In this document: positions 56,125 to 64,000 of the stretch, piece after piece
Numbering within the stretch: position 1 is the stretch's first letter
How the letters are laid out: every line of letters starts with the position of its first letter
Origin: an uncultured virus (IMG/VR IMGVR_UViG_3300033074_001078)
Lineage: Duplodnaviria; Heunggongvirae; Uroviricota; Caudoviricetes
Reading direction: 5' to 3' (one strand)
Length of the DNA: 64,000 bases
IMG/VR virus record: IMGVR_UViG_3300033074_001078
Notes under the pieces: model-generated
The model's database searches: none
Seen by the model: only the letters and a program-made list of their open reading frames with translations
Told to the model about the DNA's origin: nothing
Made by a program: the position numbers and the translations under genes

Positions 56125-56325
56125 ATGAAGCCGCCAGGATACGACGCTCACATTGCCGCCTTGGTTGCAGCCTTCCCGGTTGCAGCGTTCACACGTGAAC
56201 AGGCGGCAACGAACCGGAGCATCCGTGTTGGTGAGGCCGACCGTGTGCTGCGCTTTGCTGTGAAGGCCGGAACTCTCAAGCGTCCAACACCTAAAGCCGG
56301 GGTGCGTAAATGGCTCAAGGTCTAG
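56125..56325 (+). CDS. small basic wHTH-like protein
   Basis: AGGAG RBS; 66 aa. Confidence 0.55.
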   Translation: MKPPGYDAHIAALVAAFPVAAFTREQAATNRSIRVGEADRVLRFAVKAGTLKRPTPKAGVRKWLKV

Positions 56326-56430
56326 TATGAACAAAGCCCTTGCGCTCACTTAAGGCGAACGGGCAAAGGGTGTTCGCGCATGGTTCTAGGCCTCCGGGCT
56401 GAAATCCCAAGCGTTCCTTCCCAATGACTG

Positions 56431-56460
56431 AAGCCCCGGCCCTCAAAGCCGGGGCTTTTT
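56431..56460 (+). terminator. rho-independent terminator
   Basis: AAGCCCCGGC/GCCGGGGCTT stem followed by a T-tract. Confidence 0.8.
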
Positions 56461-56542
56461 CCTTTTGACGGGCGGCTCTTGCCGCCCGCGCGCTCTTGCG
56501 CGCGGCAACCTCCAACCAACGTACCTAAAGGCTGGTGACCGA

Positions 56543-56562
56543 CTCGCCAGGATCGCTCAGGG
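56543..56562 (+). repeat. dispersed 20-bp element, copy D
   Basis: exact CTCGCCAGGATCGCTCAGGG. Confidence 0.95.
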
Positions 56563-56699
56563 GAGTGGATGCGAGGGGAGGGTGCTACCCAAGCACCCCT
56601 AAAGGTTCAGCCCCGCGCTGCGGGGCGCGGGGCTGATGCTTAGGCCGGAGTTACTAGCGGGGGCTGGTGGGGACGCCCCGACCTTTGCCGGTGCTGCAC

Positions 56700-56960
56700 T
56701 TAGCCTTGAGCCAAGGCCAGACACACCACCAAGATCAACGCTACCACGCCAGCGCCAATGAGCAACCGGTTTTCGGTAGCAATCTCTCGTTGCCGCTTTT
56801 CCATCAGCTCGTCGTAACGATTCTGACCTTCGATCTGTTCTTTCCGTGAGAGCGGCGGCTTGGGACATCCACCGCTGTATCCATGGTACTTGAACATCTG
56901 TTCACCTTCAGGCATTGGCTCGCCGCAGAGCTGGCATCGTGACTCGTTCTTTGCCATCAC
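56700..56960 (-). CDS. CxxC protein with C-terminal TM
   Basis: CQLCGEPMP...HG...C and a hydrophobic C-terminus. Confidence 0.55.
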   Translation of the reverse strand: MMAKNESRCQLCGEPMPEGEQMFKYHGYSGGCPKPPLSRKEQIEGQNRYDELMEKRQREIATENRLLIGAGVVALILVVCLALAQG

Positions 56961-57223
56961 GCGCTCCCTTGGGTTTTCATCAACTCGCGCACGGCTTCGT
57001 CATTGCCGCGCTCGATGTTGGTCGCCACGATTTGCATCGCCCGTTGCTGACTCATCGTTTGCTGGTCCTGCAACGCGATGAGCTTGCCAACCATGTTCGC
57101 GGCGATTGCCAGCATTTCAGGCGCGGTGACAGTATCACCATGACGGCGAACCAGCGTGATGAGCTCATGGTAAAGAACCTTATGTTCTTCCTTCGCTTCA
57201 ACAACAGTCTTCTTCAGCTTCAT
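56957..57223 (-). CDS. hypothetical protein
   Basis: start MKLKKT overlaps the upstream stop. Confidence 0.6.
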   Translation of the reverse strand: MKLKKTVVEAKEEHKVLYHELITLVRRHGDTVTAPEMLAIAANMVGKLIALQDQQTMSQQRAMQIVATNIERGNDEAVRELMKTQGSA

Positions 57224-57621
57224 GGCTTTGCATCCTCTGCAGTCGGTTCCCAATACACGTCGCTCTTCTGCATACCACCAGGGCGCTCGCCAAGTATAAC
57301 GCGCACGTCAACGATGGAACCGTTCACCAGCGTGTCCCAATGCTCCTCAATAAAGGCGTGCGCCGTTTTCATGGTGCGGTCGTTCCAGTCGTATGGGTCA
57401 GCGGTGAATTGCCCACCTTCGAGCCGACCGAACAGCACCGTGTTCGCCGCGTGCAGAGCGTCGAAGCCGCTCTTGCCAAGCAAGAACGACAGCTGAAAGC
57501 CATCGTAACCACCTTGACCCTCGTCAAGCGGCATACCGGGGCGAATGGCCAGCGCTGCAATGCACGTCGCGCGGTCCTGCACTTCAATCAGCTTTACTTG
57601 CATGTTCTGTTCCTTCCTCAA
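57220..57621 (-). CDS. hypothetical phage protein
   Basis: IEVQDRATCI...DPYDW...GSIVDV. Confidence 0.6.
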   Translation of the reverse strand: MRKEQNMQVKLIEVQDRATCIAALAIRPGMPLDEGQGGYDGFQLSFLLGKSGFDALHAANTVLFGRLEGGQFTADPYDWNDRTMKTAHAFIEEHWDTLVNGSIVDVRVILGERPGGMQKSDVYWEPTAEDAKP

Positions 57622-57693
57622 TGAAATCCTTGTCGATGCAGTTCGGGCAATAGTCGCGGCCCTTCACGCACGCCTCGCAGCATTGTTCATCGT

Positions 57694-58152
57694 TCATTTG
57701 AAACCAGCCTTGATGAGCGCATTGATATATTCGCTTGACGTAACCAAGTGCGACGACGACTGCACCTTGCCGCCACCTACGCCATACGCCACTTCGATTC
57801 CGCGCTGCTTACAAACGAAAGCTTCAGGTATCGGCACGTCATCAGGGCTACGATCACCACCGTTGGCGAAGATGTCGGGGAGGAGCATGTTGAGTTCCTT
57901 GCACACGCTCATATCGGTAGGCTCTTTCGAGTGCAGGCTTAGGAACACCTTATCGACCACGTCGATCGCCTCTATGATTTCAACCCGCTCGTCCTCTGAC
58001 ATGAAGACCCATCCCTTCTTCTGCCTGAGCCAGTTATCGTTATTGACGACGACGATCAGCCTGTCACCAAGCGCCCGCGCTGCTTGTAGAAGCCGCACAT
58101 GCCCAACGTGAAGCGGGTCAAAGCCGCCTGACACCATGACCGTCTTACTCAC
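57694..58152 (-). CDS. cytidylyl/nucleotidyltransferase (TagD/RfaE-II-like)
   Basis: SGGFDPLHVGH, VVVNND, ERVEII, ANGGDR and KVQSSS. Confidence 0.88.
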   Translation of the reverse strand: MSKTVMVSGGFDPLHVGHVRLLQAARALGDRLIVVVNNDNWLRQKKGWVFMSEDERVEIIEAIDVVDKVFLSLHSKEPTDMSVCKELNMLLPDIFANGGDRSPDDVPIPEAFVCKQRGIEVAYGVGGGKVQSSSHLVTSSEYINALIKAGFK

Positions 58153-58487
58153 GTTACAATTCCTTCCAGCTTCGACTCTTCGATACGCAACCACGTTTCC
58201 CGCGCTTGGGCTTCTTGCTGTTGTGCTGCGAGCTGCATGAACTCCGACATGACAAGCAACAGTTCGATCGCCTTCGCCAGCTGGAACGCCACCAGCGCCA
58301 GCATGATGAAGAGCAACAGCACCGCCGCTAACAGGTAGTCAGCCGAAACAACGGCCTCCACCGCCATCCAGGTAGCGACGGCCGTCACAACGAACGTGAG
58401 CGCAGTGCCAGCCGTGCGCCAGCTCAGCTCGATTTCAATGGTCCAGTCAGACCAGCCAAGGAAGCTGTCGGTCTTGTGAAGCTTCAC
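58149..58487 (-). CDS. 2-TM membrane protein coupled to the endolysin gene
   Basis: two hydrophobic helices; GTGA overlap. Confidence 0.55.
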   Translation of the reverse strand: MKLHKTDSFLGWSDWTIEIELSWRTAGTALTFVVTAVATWMAVEAVVSADYLLAAVLLLFIMLALVAFQLAKAIELLLVMSEFMQLAAQQQEAQARETWLRIEESKLEGIVT

Positions 58488-58861
58488 TTTGGATACGCCT
58501 TCCACGGGAGCTGCCAGTGTGGTCCGTCCTTAAACGTCTTCCAGTCGCCGCCCCATTCGATCAGCACGTTTTCAGCCGCCGCAGCGGCCTTGATGATGGG
58601 AGCGGCCTTGTGATATAATGGCCAGTCCCAGCGGAGTTCGTCACCGAGCATAACGCCAAGGTCAACCGCATGGCCTGTCAGGTGGCGCGAGCGCAGTGTG
58701 GTTGAAGCACCTTTCTTAACGAGTTCACGTTGCCGCTCAATCGTTCGCAGCCCTTCCAACACCATCATGTTGAGCTTGGCGGTTGGCATGGCGTCGAGGC
58801 GTGCAAGCACGCGCAAGAGGTCAGGGTGAATGCCAGCAGCGCGGCGCATCTTCTGTATCAT
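58484..58861 (-). CDS. endolysin, M15 family peptidase
   Basis: EGLRTIERQ, SRHLTGHAVD and WGGDW...DGPHWQL. Confidence 0.9.
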   Translation of the reverse strand: MIQKMRRAAGIHPDLLRVLARLDAMPTAKLNMMVLEGLRTIERQRELVKKGASTTLRSRHLTGHAVDLGVMLGDELRWDWPLYHKAAPIIKAAAAAENVLIEWGGDWKTFKDGPHWQLPWKAYPK

Positions 58862-59027
58862 GGGTCGTTCTCCTCTAAACACTTTTCGCAAGCATTGCAC
58901 GACCAGCAATAGCGGCAACCGCAACCATCACCCTCGTCACTGTCTTTGTGACCGCAGTCGCAGCAATTGAACAATTGACTGCACCGACAAGTGACGACGG
59001 GTTCGGCCTTGGTTGGCTCTACTGCCA

Positions 59028-59576
59028 TCAGAACACTTCCGTCCTAGGCTTACGCACTTTTCCCGGCCGCAGCCGGTGAAAGATTTCTGGCCCAAGTACC
59101 AGCGTTCCACGGAACGGCTCGTGCTCAACACCATAGACCAAGCCGAACAGCTTCCTTGGGAACGTGATGTGCGGCGTGTAGTGCGGAAAGTCCCACGAGT
59201 AACCTCGGCTGCGAAGGTGCATGTGTCGCAACAGCAATGACTCATTCGTCGCGGTTAGCGCTAGCGTTTCGCCACGCATGGTTGTCCACGTTGCTTCGCT
59301 GCAATCCAACGGAATGTAGTCTTCGTCAGCCTCCGGCCATTGCTCGTCTGGCGCTTGGCTTGAGTAGATCACCGTCACGTGTGGACGCCACGCATCCCAA
59401 AGGGCTTTGAAGTCAGGCACACCATTCGGCGTGAGCCAGCTCACAAACGCCATGAAGTCTTTCGTCGGCATCACGCGGCGTTCAATACGCATCGGCCCAA
59501 CAGTTTCGAGTGACGATTCCATAGCAGATCCTTTGCTGAAGTGCGCGCGTCGTTCCTTCCACCACGCCGCGCTCAT
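59028..59576 (-). CDS. acb1: Acb1-like 2H phosphodiesterase (anti-CBASS)
   Basis: two HxT motifs, PHVTVIYS and DFPHYTPHITF, resembling T4 gp57B. Confidence 0.7.
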   Translation of the reverse strand: MSAAWWKERRAHFSKGSAMESSLETVGPMRIERRVMPTKDFMAFVSWLTPNGVPDFKALWDAWRPHVTVIYSSQAPDEQWPEADEDYIPLDCSEATWTTMRGETLALTATNESLLLRHMHLRSRGYSWDFPHYTPHITFPRKLFGLVYGVEHEPFRGTLVLGPEIFHRLRPGKVRKPRTEVF

Positions 59577-60262
59577 GTGAACTCCGCGGGAGGCGACGGC
59601 CGGAACTGGTCGTCACTGAGAATCTTGCCGATGCGCTCTTGAAGAGCGTACTCTTGACACCAGCAAATCCCCACGTCGTGGTCGCACTTTTCATCTTCGA
59701 GGATGAAGGCGAGCTGCGTCTCGGCGAGTTGAAGCGTGGCGCGCGGCGACCAAGGAGGAGCCGTGTTCCCTTGGGTGATAGCGTGCAAGCGCTTCGCAGC
59801 GTTGATCATCACTTCCTCAAGGTTGGTGCGGAAGCGGTAGCCGTCTTCATGCCAGAACTCCATCTTCAGGCCATTGCCGCGCATCACCTTCACCATCTTG
59901 CCATCCGGCAACGTCATGGTCGCAAGGTCTTGAACGAGGTCAACGCTGGCGAAGTTACCTTGCGGGTCATGCCACTGCACTTCCAGCTCAACAGCCATGA
60001 CCTCGCTTGAAAAGTTCACGGGCGGCTCTTCGCGTGCGGCTGAAGAAGCCGCTGGTGCAGCCGCAGCCGCAGCCACTTGTGACAACGCTGCCAGCGCGGC
60101 GGGCGAGCCGTTCAACGCTTTCGGTGGCGCTGGTTGGTGCGCCGTCTTAAGCTCAACAAGCTCAGTTTCGTGCTCAAGCTTCCACATGCACCGCATCCGC
60201 GGACACTCGGAAATGTTTGCGAAGCCTTCACGTCCGCAGCGGCATTTATCAAGCGCAGTCAT
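59573..60262 (-). CDS. hypothetical Cys-containing protein
   Basis: start MTALDK after GGAGG. Confidence 0.55.
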   Translation of the reverse strand: MTALDKCRCGREGFANISECPRMRCMWKLEHETELVELKTAHQPAPPKALNGSPAALAALSQVAAAAAAPAASSAAREEPPVNFSSEVMAVELEVQWHDPQGNFASVDLVQDLATMTLPDGKMVKVMRGNGLKMEFWHEDGYRFRTNLEEVMINAAKRLHAITQGNTAPPWSPRATLQLAETQLAFILEDEKCDHDVGICWCQEYALQERIGKILSDDQFRPSPPAEFT

Positions 60263-60263
60263 A

Positions 60264-60686
60264 TCACGTCCTCCCATAGTCATCGGCATAACGCACGATG
60301 TCGTCTTCATCAAATGTTCCGTAGCTGACTTCGATCAGCACGACGGATTCATGTTGAGCGCCAAGCCGGTGCTTGCCGTAGCGCGGAACGAAAGCAATGT
60401 CCGACGGTTGCAGCACTGTCATCACGCCGTTGAGTTCAAAGTGCAGGTCGCCTGACACCACGAAGAAGCGTTCATCGCGATGCTCGTGCGATTGAAGGGA
60501 CATCTTGCTGTATGCCTGGATCATAATGACCTTGACATTTGCCACCGGCCCAAGCTCAGCGTCAGCTGCATCAGCCAGCACCATGAAGCAACCCCAAGGG
60601 CGCTTTTCAAATTCAAGGCTCATGTTCCCATCTCCAGGTGCGGAAACCAGTCCCTCAAGCGCCTTTTGAATTCTGTCTTCCATCAT
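60264..60686 (-). CDS. cupin, type II mannose-6-phosphate isomerase-like
   Basis: RPWG, SLQSHEHRDE, HRL and EDDIVRYADDYGR. Confidence 0.85.
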   Translation of the reverse strand: MMEDRIQKALEGLVSAPGDGNMSLEFEKRPWGCFMVLADAADAELGPVANVKVIMIQAYSKMSLQSHEHRDERFFVVSGDLHFELNGVMTVLQPSDIAFVPRYGKHRLGAQHESVVLIEVSYGTFDEDDIVRYADDYGRT

Positions 60687-61219
60687 GGTTTCTCCAACGT
60701 CACGCCAGCTTTCACCTTGTCGCGGTGACGGTTGACCCAATAGACAGCGGCGTAAGCCTGAACACGGTTCAGTTCTTCCTCGGTCAGGCCGTAAAAACTT
60801 TCACCGAGATTGCAGGCCATCACCAACGATGTGAACCCGACCTGAGCCAGCTCCTTCGCTGGCTCCCCTTTGGGTTTCGAATAGACGCGCGCAATGGTGC
60901 GTTCAATCACGTCCCTTGGTACGTCGCACGCTTGGGCAAGCTCGACCGCCTCCTCAAGCACGCGCAAGGCGCGCTCAGGGGTACTGACATAGGCTTGATC
61001 GCCGAATGAAGCGCGCGCCCATGCGCCAGCGGTCCACTGCTGAAAGTTCAACTGGTCGTTTACCATCATTCCCACTCCAATGAATATGTTCAAGATCAAC
61101 CACGCGAGACCAGCCCAAAGGACCACGCTGCACACAATGGCCAGCGCGCAACCGTAAATCGGCCGCCACCGGTCAACGCGCATGTCCTCGGTGAGTAGCA
61201 GTTCATTATCGTCCTGCAC
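60683..61219 (-). CDS. MazG-like nucleotide pyrophosphohydrolase (internal start near 61069 possible)
   Basis: ERALRVLEEAVELAQA...GEPAKELAQV. Confidence 0.6.
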   Translation of the reverse strand: MQDDNELLLTEDMRVDRWRPIYGCALAIVCSVVLWAGLAWLILNIFIGVGMMVNDQLNFQQWTAGAWARASFGDQAYVSTPERALRVLEEAVELAQACDVPRDVIERTIARVYSKPKGEPAKELAQVGFTSLVMACNLGESFYGLTEEELNRVQAYAAVYWVNRHRDKVKAGVTLEKP

Positions 61220-61709
61220 GGAGCGCCTCCATGGCCAGCCGTTCCTTCAACCAATCTGGTTGGTCGCCGGTGTTCCAGCGCCCATCAAGTGCGCGGTTAC
61301 AGTGCGGCCAGAAGTAGTTGAGTTCGCCTTCAACAACGTCATCGAAGAAGGGCGCATAGTGCGCCGCGTTTTTGAAGACGAGCGCGTGTTGATGTGACAG
61401 GTGAACGCGACGATCACCTAACCACCACGGTCCAGCTGAGTCGTCATCGTAGCAGTCAATGCTCATGCGTGGCATCGTGTGCTTATAGCCGCGCTTAATC
61501 CACTCGCTATCAATAGCGTCGGTGTAGCGCTCCAGCGCCTTTTCGTGGCCAATCCACATGAGCGTGGCGGGGTGCGTGCGCCAGCCTTTAGAAAGGCCTC
61601 GCATGGCGTTTAGGATTTGTCTGCATTCGACCCGCTGCTTTCCAAGCCGCTTGGTGTCGAGGACAAACGCGCACAAAGTGAAGCGCGAATAGGGTAAGAA
61701 CGTTTGCAC
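61206..61709 (-). CDS. pyrimidine-dimer DNA glycosylase-like (DenV/MSMEG_6728-like)
   Basis: MQTFLPY...LDTKRLGKQRVE...HPATLMW...EWIKRGY. Confidence 0.8.
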   Translation of the reverse strand: MQTFLPYSRFTLCAFVLDTKRLGKQRVECRQILNAMRGLSKGWRTHPATLMWIGHEKALERYTDAIDSEWIKRGYKHTMPRMSIDCYDDDSAGPWWLGDRRVHLSHQHALVFKNAAHYAPFFDDVVEGELNYFWPHCNRALDGRWNTGDQPDWLKERLAMEALRAGR

Positions 61710-61866
61710 TGTATCCGTCTCCTTCAGGGCGTTGGATAATCACGTGAGTAGCGGCTAGGGTCAACAACCCATCCCAGCTCCCGGGAACATCGTGGACTTC
61801 TACCACGCCACTACTCACGCGCTCACCTCCGTAACACCGCGCCGCGCATTGGCGCAAGTGTAAAGT

Positions 61867-62250
61867 TCAGTCAAGCCGCGTCATCACGCGCGCGTCGAAA
61901 CCATGCTTGCGGAGCACCGACGCAAACGCCATCGCACCTTCCTCTTTGATATTGATGCTCTGCCCGCCCCATTGACCTGGATCCCACCACGTCACTCCGC
62001 CGTAGTAGTCATCGACGCGGCCATAGGTGCGGTCGCCGGGGTTTTCCTTGCGCTTGGTTGCCAGCCATCGCGCGAAGCTTGACGTTGCCGGTTTCATGTT
62101 GACCCAAGCGAAGCCGCAGCAACCATGCCAATCAACATGCTCAAGGTCAGGCTGTTGCTCTTTCAGCTTCTGCACATAGGCTGCGACTGCGGCCTTGGCT
62201 GCGGCGGTAGCTTCATCAAGCACCTCTGCGTGAGTGATTGTCGTTGTCAT
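61867..62250 (-). CDS. conserved phage hypothetical protein
   Basis: GCCGFAWV...FARWL...AFASVL...RLD. Confidence 0.65.
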   Translation of the reverse strand: MTTTITHAEVLDEATAAAKAAVAAYVQKLKEQQPDLEHVDWHGCCGFAWVNMKPATSSFARWLATKRKENPGDRTYGRVDDYYGGVTWWDPGQWGGQSINIKEEGAMAFASVLRKHGFDARVMTRLD

Positions 62251-62549
62251 GCGCTCTTCCTTCCCTTTTCAAACAGTGCTGCCACCTTCCACATGATTGT
62301 GCTCATCTGCTCCCATGTGAAGGGCGTGTCGGTGTTGGGCAACGTCACACGAATCCTGTCGTTCGGGTCGCCGGTCGGCATGAAGTCCAGGTGCGTGAAA
62401 CGCTCGCCGTCGTGTTGCGCCAGCAACCAGTTCCACTCCTCGTCGTTGCAGGCTTCAGCAATGTGCGTCGCATCTTGCGTCAGCGTGTAACCGGTAAGCA
62501 GGATGAACTCGTTGCCAGCCGGGAACGGGATTTCATACGTCCCCCTCAT
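62247..62549 (-). CDS. hypothetical protein
   Basis: ATGA-coupled ORF. Confidence 0.55.
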   Translation of the reverse strand: MRGTYEIPFPAGNEFILLTGYTLTQDATHIAEACNDEEWNWLLAQHDGERFTHLDFMPTGDPNDRIRVTLPNTDTPFTWEQMSTIMWKVAALFEKGRKSA

Positions 62550-62767
62550 GCCACCACCTCCTCGTTCAGGCGTTGCTTCATAAGGTTGAGCAGGCGATGC
62601 GCGTCCTGCAATTCCTCATTGATCACCGCCGCTTCAACGCTGTTCGGCTTGGTGTTGGCGAACGCTGTAGCTTGCTCCTCGATGTAGGATTCGAGCGCAT
62701 TGGCCAGCACTTCGGCACGTCGTAGGCTCAGTTCAAAGCTGCGATTCATGGCGCACACACTTCCCAC
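62546..62767 (-). CDS. hypothetical protein
   Basis: ORF in a coupled run. Confidence 0.5.
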   Translation of the reverse strand: MGSVCAMNRSFELSLRRAEVLANALESYIEEQATAFANTKPNSVEAAVINEELQDAHRLLNLMKQRLNEEVVA

Positions 62768-62972
62768 GTTCCGGGGTTGAACTCATCTCTTGCAGTTTCT
62801 CAGCGGTAAGCACCTTTGGCTCCAAGGCGTCGGCGGCCTCATTGAGGAGCGCACACAGGCACTTGTTCTCGCCAATCGGCGGTCGGCAATCGGCCGTGCA
62901 TTCCCAGTAGTTACGGAGACGCTCCCGCAGATCGGCGGTAGCCTTGTCTGGGGCGCGTGGATCGTCGCTCAT
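62733..62972 (-). CDS. hypothetical protein
   Basis: 79-aa ORF. Confidence 0.5.
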   Translation of the reverse strand: MSDDPRAPDKATADLRERLRNYWECTADCRPPIGENKCLCALLNEAADALEPKVLTAEKLQEMSSTPERGKCVRHESQL

Positions 62973-62978
62973 AGCTCG

Positions 62979-63452
62979 TTACCCCTTGTCATTCTGGAGG
63001 CCATGCGTTTTCAGGACGTGCTTGGCGATGTGATAGACGCACTCGCCAGTCGTCAGATGCACAGGCGTCGTGTTCATCGTGCATTCGAGGCACCCAACAT
63101 CAGACGGCGCACCGTCCTCCAGATTGTCCCAATCGCTCACCACGGTTTCGCAGATGAAAAATACGGCTGCATCCCACGCGGCGCTCCATGACGGGAAGTC
63201 ATGCGGTGCTTTGCCGACAGTGAAGCCACGCGAGGTGGAGCCTTCGCTGCGCGGCTTGTGAACCGACAGCCGAAAGCCACAGTCCCACGCGCCGCAGAGA
63301 TGGAAGTCCACCTCTGCCTCGTAGAGCGCCGTCAGCATCCGTTGAAGAGATGGCACAGGGGAGCCGCCGCGACCTTTGCTGCTGTAGTCGCTGCGAATAG
63401 GGTCGTGCTCGCGCCGACGCATCTCGTCTTGCCAAGCGTTATCGTAGCTCAT
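62979..63452 (-). CDS. hypothetical protein
   Basis: 157-aa ORF after AAAGGA. Confidence 0.55.
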   Translation of the reverse strand: MSYDNAWQDEMRRREHDPIRSDYSSKGRGGSPVPSLQRMLTALYEAEVDFHLCGAWDCGFRLSVHKPRSEGSTSRGFTVGKAPHDFPSWSAAWDAAVFFICETVVSDWDNLEDGAPSDVGCLECTMNTTPVHLTTGECVYHIAKHVLKTHGLQNDKG

Positions 63453-63531
63453 GGCCGCGTGTCCTTTGCAATGCGCGCCTCACGCGCTGCCCGGCGCTCC
63501 CGTTCACGCAACCAACGCTCGTAGTTGAAGC

Positions 63532-63939
63532 TCATTTCTTTTCCCCTTGATCCTGGGAGGAGGTGGCGAAGCGTTGATCCGCCTCATACTCAAGCGCGCG
63601 AAAAATGCCGTCATGGTCGCCAATGCGCAGACGCTCCGAGAACTCCGGCCACAGCGTTTCCATTGCATAGAGCGATGTACCATCGTGCCAGCACCAACCG
63701 CCGGTAAGCGCGCAATCCGTCTGTGTCGGCGCTTGGCCCTGCATATACTCCGGGGGCTGCGCGTAGTGACACTCAAGCCCGCAGGACGTTTCATAGCGCT
63801 CTGTGGTCATGTCTCGCGCTGGCTGGTGGATTTGCGCGCTGAAGTGCAGCGCACCGTAAGGACCGACCAGTTCCCAGCGATGCGCAATCCAATCACCGCG
63901 CCGCAGCCACGTGTACTTATGATGCCTGTATCGGCTCAT
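63532..63939 (-). CDS. hypothetical Cys/His-containing protein
   Basis: 135-aa ORF with TAATG overlap with the upstream stop. Confidence 0.55.
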   Translation of the reverse strand: MSRYRHHKYTWLRRGDWIAHRWELVGPYGALHFSAQIHQPARDMTTERYETSCGLECHYAQPPEYMQGQAPTQTDCALTGGWCWHDGTSLYAMETLWPEFSERLRIGDHDGIFRALEYEADQRFATSSQDQGEKK

Positions 63940-64000
63940 TAGCTTTCAGCCCCTTCATTCTGTTGCCCACGCTCCTGCGGCGAGCCTTGTTGCTGTGAGA

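Noticed and set aside
56326..56430. tRNA gene
   Set aside because: no cloverleaf or T-loop consensus found
61838..61865. another TTTACA promoter
   Set aside because: the -35 and a TTGCGCCAA-like spacer are present, but there is no credible -10 at 16-18 nt
63940..64000. window being an exact circle
   Set aside because: joining the ends does not put the ORF at 1-291 in frame with the TAA at 63939-63941, so some sequence probably lies outside the window

Overview
The window holds most, probably nearly all, of a GC-rich, long non-contractile-tailed dsDNA phage genome, probably infecting a proteobacterium. Almost every gene is on the minus strand, and both window ends fall among small accessory genes. 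Modules: (i) early/accessory genes with repeated TTTACA promoters; (ii) a YuA/M6-like replication block (primase-helicase, family A polymerase, class II RNR, Dda-like and SNF2 helicases); (iii) a thymidine-replacement and hypermodification operon; (iv) tail, neck, head and terminase genes, including two repeat-rich proteins; (v) an accessory region with endolysin, cytidylyltransferase, sugar-isomerase cupin, Acb1-like nuclease, MazG-like and DenV-like genes. No integrase, tRNA or CRISPR was seen. The best candidate for a new system is the 5-hmdU pathway. It keeps the 5-hmdU DNA kinase-type gene, but in place of the amino-acid:DNA transferase it has two different glycosyltransferases and a radical SAM/SPASM enzyme, which predicts a sugar-hypermodified thymidine. 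Also notable are a perfectly conserved 20-bp element at four dispersed sites, a membrane-anchored PAS protein coupled to a holin-like gene, a 12-copy GTTGACA array upstream of terS and a 22-repeat fibre-like protein. All family calls come from motif recognition by eye; no database searches were run.
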